Below, piece after piece: positions 46,636-57,395 of a stretch of DNA of 64,000 nt. A program made the translations under genes and the position numbers. How positions within the stretch are numbered: the stretch's first letter is position 1; every line of letters starts with the position of its first letter. A model generated the notes under the pieces. That model ran no database searches and had not been told where the DNA came from. It saw only the letters and a list, made by a program, of their open reading frames with translations. Origin of the DNA: Shigella phage vB_SdyM_006; the sequence record MK295204. One strand, given 5' to 3'.

Positions 46636-47553
46636 CTAAAACATGTTAATATCTTTAGTTAATTTAACTAAACCGGATTTTATAAAATATGGATAAATTT
46701 TACTTCTTCCAGGAACTTTAAAATTATCAAACTCATCAATAATTTTTGTTTTAATATCTTCTGGAATACAAGTCATATCTATCATAATCTTGTTTTCATT
46801 AAAGCGTTTAAGTTCTTCTTCAGAAAGATGTTTTTCTGGACCATCGTCTAAACAATCTTGAATTAACTTAGACGAAATACTTGGTGCACGTTCACCTTCT
46901 AAACGAGTAAACCAGTAGTCTGAACGGCATTTTACACCAGCTACAGCATCTTTTCTATCACCTTTAAGAAGTTTAGTCATTAAAAACTCTGGGATAGGTT
47001 CTTTTGATTTAACCATCTTTTTAAGTTGTGGTGCCCATTGTTCAACATTATTATGTATATGCAATTGTTTATAGTCACCATCTGAAGAAATAATCATTAT
47101 TTTTCTGTCTAAACATTCTCTAAGAGTAAGAACGCCGATAATATCATCAGCTTCAACTCGTGGAATGTCAATAGAATAATAAGGCATATTATCTTTAAAT
47201 TCGGCTTTAATTATTTCCATTGCTGAAAAATAACCTTCCCAATCAAAAGAAGTATTATCTTCACGGGCGGCTGCACGTGTTTTCTTGTAATAATACCCGT
47301 AGTCTCGACGCCAATAGCCGTTATTAGCATTATCAAAAGCTAGCACTGTAATTGGATATTTGTCATTAAATTTTTTAAGATTGTACCTGATACTGTTTAA
47401 GATAATATGGCGTAACATCCCGATTTTAATAGGAACATTTTGGAATTCTTGTAAGGCTGAAGCTAATGCAATTTGAGACATATCAAAAAACTTAATTCCA
47501 GGTTTTTCGTCTTCTTCGTCTTCAAAAAATGCGCTTAAATTAACTTGATTCAT
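46636..47553 (-). CDS. rnh: RNase H (FEN-family 5'-3' exonuclease)
   Basis: FDMSQIAL, YWRRDYGYYYKK, IISSDGDYKQLH co-linear with T4 RNase H; track start is GTG at 47610, ATG at 47553. Confidence 0.9.
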   Translation of the reverse strand: MNQVNLSAFFEDEEDEKPGIKFFDMSQIALASALQEFQNVPIKIGMLRHIILNSIRYNLKKFNDKYPITVLAFDNANNGYWRRDYGYYYKKTRAAAREDNTSFDWEGYFSAMEIIKAEFKDNMPYYSIDIPRVEADDIIGVLTLRECLDRKIMIISSDGDYKQLHIHNNVEQWAPQLKKMVKSKEPIPEFLMTKLLKGDRKDAVAGVKCRSDYWFTRLEGERAPSISSKLIQDCLDDGPEKHLSEEELKRFNENKIMIDMTCIPEDIKTKIIDEFDNFKVPGRSKIYPYFIKSGLVKLTKDINMF

Positions 47554-47591
47554 AAATCCTCTAATAAATATAGTAAAGAAAGGAGCCATAT

Positions 47592-50500
47592 ATGACTTTA
47601 AATAAATCACTTAAAGCAACGTACGGACTTGATGCCTCTAATGAAAAAGTTATAAATGTCGGATTAGCTGACAAAAATACTTTAACAGATGGCGTTAATG
47701 TCGAATTTTTAATTCAAGAAAACACAATCCAAGCATACGACAAAAATCGTGGATATGAAAAAGGCTTTGCTGTTATATTTGAAAATAGAATTTATGTTTC
47801 AAATCAAAAAATAGAATCTCCAGCTGGAGATTTTGAGCCTCATAAATGGTTTTCTTTACGTGTAGACCCTAAATGGGACACGGTATTTGAAACCGTAGCA
47901 TCAGGTCAAATTATAACATCAGGACAGTTTATTGCAGCTAATACGTCAATAAACGATTTATATTTTAAATTGCCTAGAAAACCACAACCAGGTGATACAA
48001 TTTGTATCAAAGAGGTCTCTGGTAATTCAGGCTATAAGTTCCTTAAAATAGGTAAAACCGATAATAATATTTTATGGAACGGAACTAATGTTGAAGAATT
48101 ATATCTAACACGTCCGTATTCGCAAACTTATTTTATATTTTCTGGGAACGTTTGGAATGTATTTCAAATAGAGCACGAAGATATTGGTAGAATAATATCT
48201 ACTTCACCATTAAAGCAACAAGTTTCTTCTGGAGAGAGATTATATAGATTATCCAATACTGGTCCTATCAATATCATGTTACCTAAATATGCTATGCATG
48301 GTGATGTTATTGAGATGTTTGATATTGATGGATTAACTTCAATAAATCACTTAACTCTTTACACGTCTGAAGGGTCTGGGCATGCTATAGGAACTTTAGG
48401 ACAATCTAAATTAGAAATAAGAACTATTGGTAACGGGCGATTAGTATTTGATAGTTCTAATAATCTATGGAGATTATGGGACGGCGATATAAGAACTCGT
48501 TTAAAAACTATCAAAGAAGATCGTAAACTATTACCTAATGAACAGGTTCTTGTCTATGGGATGAATAATACAGTTAAAGAAACCGTCACTCTAACGTTAC
48601 CTAGAAATATTGCTGTCGGTGACACAGTTGAGATTTCTTTAGGTTATATGAGAAAAGGCCAGACAGTTATCATAAAGACTGAGGGCGATGATATTATTGG
48701 GACTGATAAAACATTATTACAATTCCCTAAACGATCTCAGTATCCGCCTGAAATGACCTGGGTTGAAGTAAAAGAACTTGTGTTTAATGGTACTGATGAT
48801 TATTTACCTTATTTAAAATTTGCGTATGTAGAAACATTATCTGATTTAGGGTGGGCAGTTCAACATTATCGTCCTAATGTTGAGCGTGTAGATTTTAAAA
48901 ATCCAGAAAGAATCGGATTGATAGCATTAGCTACTCAAGATCAAGCAAACAAAGATCATGAAAACAACCCAGAAAAAGAATTGGCTGTAACACCATTTAC
49001 TTTGGCAAATAGAGTTGCTACAGAAGAACGACGTGGTATTGCTAAAACAGCAAAAACTTCTATGGTCAATCAAAACTCAAATGGAAAATTTGAAGATGAC
49101 ACAATTGTCACACCTAAAAAATTAAACGAACGAACAGCTACAGAAGAACGACGTGGCCTAGCCGAAATTGCTACTCAAGAAGAAACAAATACAGGTAAAG
49201 ATGATACGACTATTGTTTCTCCATTAAAACTCGAGAACAGGAAAGCCTCAGAAACTTTATCTGGTATTGCTAAAATAGTCCCATCTAAAGGAACGCCAGG
49301 AACACAGCGTGATAAACAAGGAACTGGTGTTTATAATTACACGGATAATAAGACTATTGTTTCTCCTTCAGCTATACATGAGCTTTTAAGTACAGAAAAT
49401 TCTCATGGTGTTGTTTATTTAGCTTCTGAAACTGAAGTTATTGAAGCACCAGATATGGACCCTAAATTTCCTGTTGCTGTAACTCCGGTTCAATTACATA
49501 AGAAAACTGCTACAGAAGATAGAATAGGTTTCTCTCAAATCGCTACACAAGAAGAAACTGATGAAGGAACTGATAATTTTAAATTTATAACACCTAAAAA
49601 ATTAAATGATCGAAGATCAACAGAAACTTTAGAAGGTATCTCAAGATACGCTACTTATGAAGAGTTTAAAAAAGGTGATTCAAATTTAATATCCGAGCCT
49701 AATAAAATAAAACAGTTTTTACAAGAAGCAAGAATAAAAGTTGTTCCTGAATCTGGAATAGTTTTTACTGGTAATATTTGGGACACATGTAATTTTGATA
49801 TCAAACCTTCAACTGAAGTTGATAGAGGGACATTAAAATTATCAACTCAAGGCCAAGCTAATACTGGTGAAGATGATACAACAGCAATTACACCTAAAAA
49901 ATTACATAATAAAAAATCAACTGAATTGGTTGAAGGTATAATCCAACTTTCTAATTACGCTGAAACAATAGCAGGTGATGTTAATAATAAAGCAATATCT
50001 CCTCAGAATTTTGTTTTAGCTGTTCAAACAGAAAATAATGGATTAGAAGCCTCTACTTCTTTACGTGGATTTGTTAGACTGTTAGATGGTGCTAGTATTT
50101 GGCAAGGAACAGATGAATCTGGTAGTGACCCGGATAATGAAGACTTTTTGCATAATGGATATGCAGTATCTCCACGAGAATTAAATAAAGCTTTAAGTCA
50201 TTATCTTCCTATCAAAGGAAAAGCAGTTAACTCTACTTTATTTGATGACTTAAAAACTTCTGATTTTATTAGAAGAAACATAGACCAAGAAATTGATGGG
50301 GATATGACTTTTAATAACCCAGTTATTCTTAAAGATACATTAGTTTCTACAAGTTCTGGTAAATTTGAATCACTAGAAAGTAAAACGGTTTCTGTCGGTG
50401 ACGGTACTAAAGGTTCAATAAACTTTTTGTCTGCTACACCATGGAAAATTGATGTACAAGATGATTTCAAAATTAACAATGTAAAAATTGATAAAGATGA

Positions 50501-51248
50501 AGTTATCCATTCTAAAGGATTAGAAACAATTTCTCATGTTGACACTTCAGAATATAGATTAAATGGTAAAACATTTATTTCTGGACAAGGTACTATCAAT
50601 GTAGGTGATGCTGAATCTCAAATTAGATTCCAATCCAAAAATCCTAATGATGTTAGAATTTCTGGCTCTACAATTATTGTTAATACCAATTTAGAAGAAA
50701 AAGGTAATAAGCACTTTATTAATCGTAAACAAGATACCGTTGACGGAGATATTGAATTTACTAAACCAGTTAAAATCAATATCCAAGAAAATATGGTTGA
50801 AGTTTCCGAAGGTATATTTGTTGCCAAAATAACTTCTAAACAAGAATATGAGAAATATCCAGGTATTGCAGTTCCTAAAATAGACCAAGAAACACAAAAA
50901 GTTATTGATTATACTTATGTTAAAGGACCTGGTACACTTACTCAATATGGTGATACTAAATCTTATACATACAGAATCTGGGCTCCACAAGCTTTAGGTC
51001 AAGAAGATAATCATAACAACTATTCATTATGGATGCAGGTTTATAATCCAGTTAAAGGAGAATTTGATGCATGGGGTAGAATATACACATCTCAAAATCC
51101 ACCAACTGCTGCTGAAATAGGAGCTGTGTCTTCATCTGGTTCTACTTTCGAAACACTTAAAGTTAATCAATGGTTACAAGTTGGACCTGTAAGAATGGTT
51201 CCAGACCCAGTAACTAAAACTGTAAGGTATATATGGATCGATGAGTAA
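47592..51248 (+). CDS. 34: long tail fibre proximal subunit gp34
   Basis: 1218 aa; N-terminus matches T4 gp34 pattern (GLDA..K.INV.LAD...TDGVNV..LIQENT.Q.YD..RGY). Confidence 0.9.
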   Translation: MTLNKSLKATYGLDASNEKVINVGLADKNTLTDGVNVEFLIQENTIQAYDKNRGYEKGFAVIFENRIYVSNQKIESPAGDFEPHKWFSLRVDPKWDTVFETVASGQIITSGQFIAANTSINDLYFKLPRKPQPGDTICIKEVSGNSGYKFLKIGKTDNNILWNGTNVEELYLTRPYSQTYFIFSGNVWNVFQIEHEDIGRIISTSPLKQQVSSGERLYRLSNTGPINIMLPKYAMHGDVIEMFDIDGLTSINHLTLYTSEGSGHAIGTLGQSKLEIRTIGNGRLVFDSSNNLWRLWDGDIRTRLKTIKEDRKLLPNEQVLVYGMNNTVKETVTLTLPRNIAVGDTVEISLGYMRKGQTVIIKTEGDDIIGTDKTLLQFPKRSQYPPEMTWVEVKELVFNGTDDYLPYLKFAYVETLSDLGWAVQHYRPNVERVDFKNPERIGLIALATQDQANKDHENNPEKELAVTPFTLANRVATEERRGIAKTAKTSMVNQNSNGKFEDDTIVTPKKLNERTATEERRGLAEIATQEETNTGKDDTTIVSPLKLENRKASETLSGIAKIVPSKGTPGTQRDKQGTGVYNYTDNKTIVSPSAIHELLSTENSHGVVYLASETEVIEAPDMDPKFPVAVTPVQLHKKTATEDRIGFSQIATQEETDEGTDNFKFITPKKLNDRRSTETLEGISRYATYEEFKKGDSNLISEPNKIKQFLQEARIKVVPESGIVFTGNIWDTCNFDIKPSTEVDRGTLKLSTQGQANTGEDDTTAITPKKLHNKKSTELVEGIIQLSNYAETIAGDVNNKAISPQNFVLAVQTENNGLEASTSLRGFVRLLDGASIWQGTDESGSDPDNEDFLHNGYAVSPRELNKALSHYLPIKGKAVNSTLFDDLKTSDFIRRNIDQEIDGDMTFNNPVILKDTLVSTSSGKFESLESKTVSVGDGTKGSINFLSATPWKIDVQDDFKINNVKIDKDEVIHSKGLETISHVDTSEYRLNGKTFISGQGTINVGDAESQIRFQSKNPNDVRISGSTIIVNTNLEEKGNKHFINRKQDTVDGDIEFTKPVKINIQENMVEVSEGIFVAKITSKQEYEKYPGIAVPKIDQETQKVIDYTYVKGPGTLTQYGDTKSYTYRIWAPQALGQEDNHNNYSLWMQVYNPVKGEFDAWGRIYTSQNPPTAAEIGAVSSSGSTFETLKVNQWLQVGPVRMVPDPVTKTVRYIWIDE

Positions 51249-52359
51249 TATAATGGTTGAATTCGGCCAAGATTATGTAGGTGCTCAAACGTTTGCAGAG
51301 AACAATGCACTTACATATAAGTTAACTATTAAGGCTAGTAATAAAAACACACAGGGTGAATCCTGTGTGTTAATTAACGATAATCAAATAACAACTGAAT
51401 GCGATACTGGTATTAATGTTTGGGTCATTAATAATATAGGTAAACTTGATAATACTATGTGTTTTGATGTATCAACAGAATCTGGTATAACAGCATTTAT
51501 AACATTTTTGAAAGAACAAACTTCTGGAATAATTTGTTTAGCTTCATCTAACGAATTAGATTCAACTCAAGTCTTAGCTGATTATATGAAATCTATAGGT
51601 TCTGCTTCATGGAATAATTTTATGATTTCTAAAATCAAAACAGTGTCTTATGCAGCAGTCTATCGTCCAGAATTAAAATCCATTGTTCTGGAATCTATAC
51701 AATATTCTGATGGAATTAAAGAAGATGAATTACTTGAGTTAGAAACCATTTTTGATTCTAATAATTCTATAGGAATAACAGGATTTCCTGGTTCAATCGT
51801 ATATGATTATAAAGAATACACGTCAATTGAACAAGATTATAAAAAATGGCCTACTAATCTTTTAAATAACAAGCTTTCTGATTATGGTCTTAAACCTGGC
51901 GATTGGGTTTCTTTGAGTGCTTCTATATTTGGAGATAAAGAATTAAAAGATGACGGTGGATGGACTAGAATAGATTGTAGATGGGTATTTGGTAATGCAT
52001 GGAAACAATCATTTTATTTAGAAAGTACATTGAAAGGGAATTATCCTGTTCAGTCTATGGTTAATCCTGGTATCTGGGAATCTAAAACAGTTTATTCTCA
52101 AATACCAGAAGGTGTAGATGGATTTGTTATAATAGCTTCAAGATATAATTCAGACTTAGGCCATTCTGCTGTAAAAAATGTTGCATTCGGAAGAGCTGCA
52201 GAACCTATAATAGAAAAATCTGATAGACAAATAGGTATAAATGGTATTAGAAATTCTTTTGTAAAAGAGGAAGAACAAAAAGTAGGATCGTTATTAAGTT
52301 TGTTAAATCTTAAAGACAAATCCGACACAGTTTCTTCTATAAACTTTAAAGAAATATAG
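51241..52359 (+). CDS. 35: long tail fibre hinge protein gp35
   Basis: 372 aa (T4 gp35 372 aa); follows gp34. Confidence 0.7.
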   Translation: MSNIMVEFGQDYVGAQTFAENNALTYKLTIKASNKNTQGESCVLINDNQITTECDTGINVWVINNIGKLDNTMCFDVSTESGITAFITFLKEQTSGIICLASSNELDSTQVLADYMKSIGSASWNNFMISKIKTVSYAAVYRPELKSIVLESIQYSDGIKEDELLELETIFDSNNSIGITGFPGSIVYDYKEYTSIEQDYKKWPTNLLNNKLSDYGLKPGDWVSLSASIFGDKELKDDGGWTRIDCRWVFGNAWKQSFYLESTLKGNYPVQSMVNPGIWESKTVYSQIPEGVDGFVIIASRYNSDLGHSAVKNVAFGRAAEPIIEKSDRQIGINGIRNSFVKEEEQKVGSLLSLLNLKDKSDTVSSINFKEI

Positions 52360-52525
52360 TAACATATAGTTATTAATTTATTACTTAATAGTTATATAGA
52401 ATATACTAGACTTTTAATAAATTAATTTACTAGAGTTACTAATTTATTACTTAATAGTTATATATAATATAAAGAACTTAATAAAAATAATAAATTCTGG
52501 GAGCTTTGCTCCCAGTTTTCTTTAG
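52358..52525. repeat. AT-rich intergenic repeat region, copy 2 (rearranged)
   Basis: 52358..52441 near-identical to 15663..15748; 52441..52515 similar to 15574..15650, including hairpin. Confidence 0.8.
52497..52515 (+). terminator. hairpin inside repeat, compensatory variant of 15634..15650
   Basis: Stem CTGGGAGC, loop TTT, stem GCTCCCAG, then TTTTCTTT. Confidence 0.5.
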
Positions 52526-52547
52526 AAAATGCTCTTTTATAAATAGT

Positions 52548-52555
52548 ATAAAGAA
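52548..52555 (+). promoter_or_regulatory. late promoter TATAAATA for gene 36
   Basis: Exact TATAAATA 11 nt before gp36 ATG. Confidence 0.5.
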
Positions 52556-52565
52556 AGGAGATTAT

Positions 52566-53030
52566 ATGGCAGATCTTAAAAGAGGAAGTACTGCTGGAGG
52601 AGAATTAATCCTTACACAAGGTAATTTTCCATTAATTCCAGTAGGAAATTCCTTATATTTTAATAAGCATAAAGTCTATACCGAACACGATAAGCCTACA
52701 GCAGAAGAAGTTGATTCTGTTTCGGCATCTAAAGGTGGAGAATTTAAAGAAAGAGTAATTTTTAAAGAATTACAGGTAGGGAAACAAGACCCTTTAATTA
52801 TTAAAGACCATTCTATAGCTGGGACTGAAATAATTCTTAAACAATTAGAAATTAAAAACTTAGAAAAATCATTACTAGTTCTTAATCCTGATAATCCAGA
52901 ATTACTTCAAGTTCAATCAATGAAAACAGATAGATTGGTTTTAGACACAATATCAACTCAACCTAATCATGCAGTTAGATATGACCAAGTGGTTCTTGTT
53001 GGAGATATTATAGATTTTGGAGAATTCTAA
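52566..53030 (+). CDS. 36: long tail fibre distal connector gp36
   Basis: MADLKRGSTAGGELILTQGNFPL matches T4 gp36 N-terminus; track ORF has 20-codon extension; AGGAG RBS. Confidence 0.85.
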   Translation: MADLKRGSTAGGELILTQGNFPLIPVGNSLYFNKHKVYTEHDKPTAEEVDSVSASKGGEFKERVIFKELQVGKQDPLIIKDHSIAGTEIILKQLEIKNLEKSLLVLNPDNPELLQVQSMKTDRLVLDTISTQPNHAVRYDQVVLVGDIIDFGEF

Positions 53031-55123
53031 TGGCAAAAATTCCAAGAATACAATTTAAAAGAACTAAAACACCAGGAACAAAGCCTTCAAAAGATATTTT
53101 AGCTGAAGGTGAATTAGCAATTAACTTAGCTGATAGAACTCTTTTTACAAAATCCGGAGATGATATTATTGATCTTGGCTTTGCTAAAGGCGGCACAGTT
53201 AATGGAGATATTAATCAAGAAGCTGGAAATTTTACAACCAATGGGTCAATGACTGCTAAAACATACATTGATATAAAAAATAGCTTAAATGACAAAAAAA
53301 TATTTAGGCTTTCTTATGAAGGAGATCGTGGCGCTTTATTGTCTGTTAATGAAGGCGACAATAAATGGAAAACTATACTTGTTCCATTAGACGAAGATGG
53401 GACTAAAACTATAGCTACTCGTGAACACGTAGGAAAAATGGTTTCTACTAATGATGGAGAAACCAAATTAAGGGCTCCAAACCAGACTAACTTATTGATT
53501 GCAAAAGACAATAAAGAACTTGTTTGGTACGATGGATCCACTAATAATAGAATGGTTAATTTTGGTGCAGGTGGTTTAGATTTAGCCCACAAAGGTAGTG
53601 ATATTGTCGGAGTTAGTTTATACAAAAAAGATGGCAATCAGGTTCGAATAGAAACCCATGCCCATTCATCGGCCCTTATGTTAGCTTTTGCATATAAAGA
53701 TTCTGCAGGAAATAATTCATATGTAATCAATATGCCAAAAGAAAATGGTATATTAGCTACACAAGGATGGACAGATGCCAAATACTATAAAAGGAATGAC
53801 AGCCCATCGTTCAAAGAATACGTTAATGTTTTTCATAATACCACAGGGTCTTATACTCAATTAGGATATGGTAATGCAGGTGCTACATGGTCAGTTAACA
53901 CAGGCGGCAATTGGTATATATTAAAACATCCCCTAGCTAATGGTACAGTTGCTTCTCAAGAATGGAGTCAAGCTACGCATTACAATAAATCAGAATCTGA
54001 TAATAGATATGTTAAAATTGGTATAGGTGGTGGTTACCCACTACATAATTATAATGCAGGTGGCCATGGCTATTCTACTTGGAATGAAAAAGGTGTACGT
54101 CAAGCTTATATAGGATTCGCAAATGATGGTTCTACAGAATTTACCATTAGTAACGAAAAAGGATCTAATAGTACTATTAACCTTAAAGCGGGTAATGTTT
54201 TAGTTAATGGTGTAACTATCGCCTCTCAAAACTGGGTAATTTCTAATTTTTATAAAAAAACAGAAACATATAATAAATCTGAAATTGATGGCAAAGTTAA
54301 TGGACGATTAACACAGGCCCAAGGTGATGCTAGATATTATACTAAAACCGATTCTGACGGTCGTTACTTACGAATGAATATCACCAACAAAACTAGTATG
54401 CCGGTATTCTATAGAACAGCAAACTATGGAGATGATGCAAACCAACGTGATTTAAATTACGCAGGATTTTATAGAACTAACGGATTAAACAGCTTACCGA
54501 GTCTCATAATTCATGTTCCTCATAGTAGTGGGCTAGCTCATGGAAGAGGTATAGGATTTGACTACGGTTCAGCCGGATATGGGATTTATACTTATGCATA
54601 TGATGCGAATGGAAAATATCAAGGTCAAAAATCTATCGCATTGAGCGAGTATCACTATTCAAAAACTGTATCAGATGATAGATATTACCAGAAGTCTCAA
54701 ACATATTCTAGAGCAGAAGTTGATTCTAGAGTAAACGGAAGATTAACTCAAGCCACGGCGGATGGAAGATACGCGTATAAAGGTGGTGCTAATGCTCAAA
54801 ACTTTGGTGCTAACATAGTTGATGCTGCTGACGTTAATATTCGTTCAGATTTAACTGTAAAATCAAATTTAGTTAAAATAAATAATGCTATACAAACTGT
54901 TAAAACATTAACAGGGTATACATATGATTTAAAATTAAACGATAATACATATAAACAATCTGCAGGTATAATAGCACAAGATGTACAAAAAGTTCTACCA
55001 GCATTAGTTACAGAGGACTCTTTAGGATTATTATCTGTTAATTATAATGGTTTAACTGCAGTTCTTGTTAATGCTATAAATGAATTATCTGAAAGATTAG
55101 AAAGATTAGAACGAGGTGTATAA
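53030..55123 (+). CDS. 37: long tail fibre distal subunit gp37 with C-terminal intramolecular chaperone domain
   Basis: N-terminus IQFKR.K..GT.P....LAEGELAINL.DRT.FTK matches T4 gp37; C-terminus has SDLTVKSNLVKI and GIIAQDVQKVLPALV pattern. Confidence 0.85.
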   Translation: MAKIPRIQFKRTKTPGTKPSKDILAEGELAINLADRTLFTKSGDDIIDLGFAKGGTVNGDINQEAGNFTTNGSMTAKTYIDIKNSLNDKKIFRLSYEGDRGALLSVNEGDNKWKTILVPLDEDGTKTIATREHVGKMVSTNDGETKLRAPNQTNLLIAKDNKELVWYDGSTNNRMVNFGAGGLDLAHKGSDIVGVSLYKKDGNQVRIETHAHSSALMLAFAYKDSAGNNSYVINMPKENGILATQGWTDAKYYKRNDSPSFKEYVNVFHNTTGSYTQLGYGNAGATWSVNTGGNWYILKHPLANGTVASQEWSQATHYNKSESDNRYVKIGIGGGYPLHNYNAGGHGYSTWNEKGVRQAYIGFANDGSTEFTISNEKGSNSTINLKAGNVLVNGVTIASQNWVISNFYKKTETYNKSEIDGKVNGRLTQAQGDARYYTKTDSDGRYLRMNITNKTSMPVFYRTANYGDDANQRDLNYAGFYRTNGLNSLPSLIIHVPHSSGLAHGRGIGFDYGSAGYGIYTYAYDANGKYQGQKSIALSEYHYSKTVSDDRYYQKSQTYSRAEVDSRVNGRLTQATADGRYAYKGGANAQNFGANIVDAADVNIRSDLTVKSNLVKINNAIQTVKTLTGYTYDLKLNDNTYKQSAGIIAQDVQKVLPALVTEDSLGLLSVNYNGLTAVLVNAINELSERLERLERGV

Positions 55124-55716
55124 TGGCAGTAACAGGACCACGAGTCGGTAGTTCTGCTAAAGCAGAAACCGGCCTAGCTAGTATGAAGGCCGCCGGCGCT
55201 AAATTAGGTTTAAGTGTCCCTTTTAAAATGTCACAAATGATTGGTAAAAGTGTAGCAGTTAAATGTATTATGGGTTCAGCACAGAAGCCAGTGTTTAATC
55301 AACAAATCTATTTTGTCTATGCATCAAAAGGGGTACTACAAAGTCCGAGAATACCAAGTACATTGAACATTGGTGATATACCTGAATCTAACCCGCCATT
55401 GAACACTACTTATAAAATTGAAGATGTGGAAGTTATCTCTATATACCGTTCTGATGATGTGGCTAAAACTAAAAATGAATATGGTTTTGGTATTCAAACA
55501 AAAGATTATAAACAACCGTGTAATGAGATAGAAGTTGAAATTAAAGGATATAAAGCTAAATTGAAATTAGTGTGGCGTGTTGGGGGTTATGCAAAGCCAA
55601 CATTTTATGTAAGCACTCGTGATGTTGGTAATAACAACTGGCAAGACGTTAGAGATGTTTATGATTTCTTACAAGCTGGCAAAGAATACGAATTTATTAT
55701 TAAAAAGGTGAGTTAA
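55123..55716 (+). CDS. hypothetical protein at the gene-38 position
   Basis: 197 aa between gp37 and holin t; no glycine-rich motifs; position only. Confidence 0.4.
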   Translation: MAVTGPRVGSSAKAETGLASMKAAGAKLGLSVPFKMSQMIGKSVAVKCIMGSAQKPVFNQQIYFVYASKGVLQSPRIPSTLNIGDIPESNPPLNTTYKIEDVEVISIYRSDDVAKTKNEYGFGIQTKDYKQPCNEIEVEIKGYKAKLKLVWRVGGYAKPTFYVSTRDVGNNNWQDVRDVYDFLQAGKEYEFIIKKVS

Positions 55717-55757
55717 CAATATTTTGCGCATAATTTAATTAGTTTAAGAGAACAACT

Positions 55758-56381
55758 ATGGATAAAGGCTTTTTTCTAAGCCTGCTTGATACATTGTTTA
55801 AAGACGCCGATGGAAAATTAATCCTTTGGCGTCTTCTTTCTATAGGAGTACTTGGGATTGGATGTTTTTTATATGTCGCTAGAAATGAATTTTTGGAATT
55901 ATATAAAAACACTAGATATGAGGCTTATCAACAAGTTCAAAAACAAGAAAGAGAACTTAAATTTGAAAAAGCTGTTGTAGACCAATTGCAAATAGTCCAT
56001 GTATCATCTGAAGCAGAGTTCAGTGGAATAACTGAATTTAGACCTGTAGGATTAAATTATTTTTTTGATTTAATTGCTTATGAAGGGAAACTTCCTGAGG
56101 AATTAAACTCAAAAAATTTAGGAGGCTGGCCTGTAGATAAAACTGCAGAAGAATATATCAATCATATGAATGGACATTATTATACATCAACAGAACATTT
56201 TAGATTACCAACAAGGACTAAAATAGAAAATAAATGGTTGTTTTCTTGTCCTTATTATAATTTAAATAATAATTATGCCGGGAGTATATTTATGATGTGG
56301 CCTGAAAAACCTGAGATAAATGAAGATAGACTTAATATTATATGTTCTCAGGCTTCCAGGACCATAGGTAGGACTAAATAA
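55758..56381 (+). CDS. t: holin T
   Basis: LDTLFKD, QLQIVHVSSEAEFSGITEFRP, LNYFFDLIAYEGKLP, SCPYYNL match T4 holin. Confidence 0.95.
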   Translation: MDKGFFLSLLDTLFKDADGKLILWRLLSIGVLGIGCFLYVARNEFLELYKNTRYEAYQQVQKQERELKFEKAVVDQLQIVHVSSEAEFSGITEFRPVGLNYFFDLIAYEGKLPEELNSKNLGGWPVDKTAEEYINHMNGHYYTSTEHFRLPTRTKIENKWLFSCPYYNLNNNYAGSIFMMWPEKPEINEDRLNIICSQASRTIGRTK

Positions 56382-56383
56382 AA

Positions 56384-56779
56384 TTACGAATATAATCTAT
56401 CATATTGTTGTTTATGTTGTGACTGAAAGGATTCTACACAACATTTACAATATGGAAATAACTTGTCTTCAGAATTATTCGATTCTGAAAATGAACTAAT
56501 CATTAATTGTTTACCACATCCTTTACAAACTTTTGTTGATTTAACAAATGTGTCTGGGCATGGCTCTACTAATAATTTTGATAAAACCGATTTACCTAAT
56601 GTAACCACTACTAAATCCGATTGTAAATAATTGTTTTTACAATCACCCCAATCAACATAAATAGTACGTCGCCCTCTATCTTTAACTACACCAATTTTAT
56701 TAATAGGGTTTTGTTTATCGCCTATATAGTATTTTGATGACGGACTAATATAAACTAAATCGCCAGTTTTAATGTGCAT
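56384..56779 (-). CDS. hypothetical protein with C-terminal Cys cluster
   Basis: 131 aa; CKGCGK ... CKCC suggests zinc ribbon. Confidence 0.45.
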   Translation of the reverse strand: MHIKTGDLVYISPSSKYYIGDKQNPINKIGVVKDRGRRTIYVDWGDCKNNYLQSDLVVVTLGKSVLSKLLVEPCPDTFVKSTKVCKGCGKQLMISSFSESNNSEDKLFPYCKCCVESFQSQHKQQYDRLYS

Positions 56780-56781
56780 AA

Positions 56782-57036
56782 TTAATCCTTATGATGTTTG
56801 CTTGTAGCGGTTTTAATAATTGTGTTGTTATTAACAAAATCTTCAGCTTCTTGTTCAGAAACAATTTTGATAACTAATGTGTCTTCGCCATTTTCTAAAC
56901 GTTCTTCTAAAGGGCATATCGAATCCACATAATCTTTAATAGATTTGATATAATTATTGTCTGTTACTACTCGCTGAGTCCCAGAAGCAAACATATCCAC
57001 TTTACCATTTCTTTTATAAGATGCAATAGAATACAT
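56782..57036 (-). CDS. hypothetical protein (84 aa)
   Basis: ORF. Confidence 0.45.
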   Translation of the reverse strand: MYSIASYKRNGKVDMFASGTQRVVTDNNYIKSIKDYVDSICPLEERLENGEDTLVIKIVSEQEAEDFVNNNTIIKTATSKHHKD

Positions 57037-57395
57037 TATAAGTGACCTTCTTCTTGATTTAAGTTAATTTTATATTCAAATACGTGAGCGTAATAACCGT
57101 TATGAATATTAACAAGTTCTAAATAATACCCACCTGTGATTTCAAAACAGATACTATTAAAATAATTAGAATTGTCATCGCCAATAGAAAAGTCTGTTAG
57201 CCCAATAAAGCAAACATCTTCCGGAAGATCTTCAAATTCAACTGAGGTAAAGCCATCATCAGATTTTTGATAAAATTTATAATACGCTGATTCACAACAG
57301 TGTTGAGAAGACACATCGTATCCAACAAAATTATCATTTTGATCAATAAAATTTGTTGTAGTAGACCACTCTTTTACACATTTCTTTTTAATCAT
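57036..57395 (-). CDS. hypothetical protein (119 aa)
   Basis: ORF. Confidence 0.45.
   Translation of the reverse strand: MIKKKCVKEWSTTTNFIDQNDNFVGYDVSSQHCCESAYYKFYQKSDDGFTSVEFEDLPEDVCFIGLTDFSIGDDNSNYFNSICFEITGGYYLELVNIHNGYYAHVFEYKINLNQEEGHL

Noticed and set aside
47554-47591. TAATAAATA upstream of gene 34 as a late promoter
   Set aside because: One base off the exact TATAAATA seen at the other late promoters; plausible but unsupported, so not annotated.
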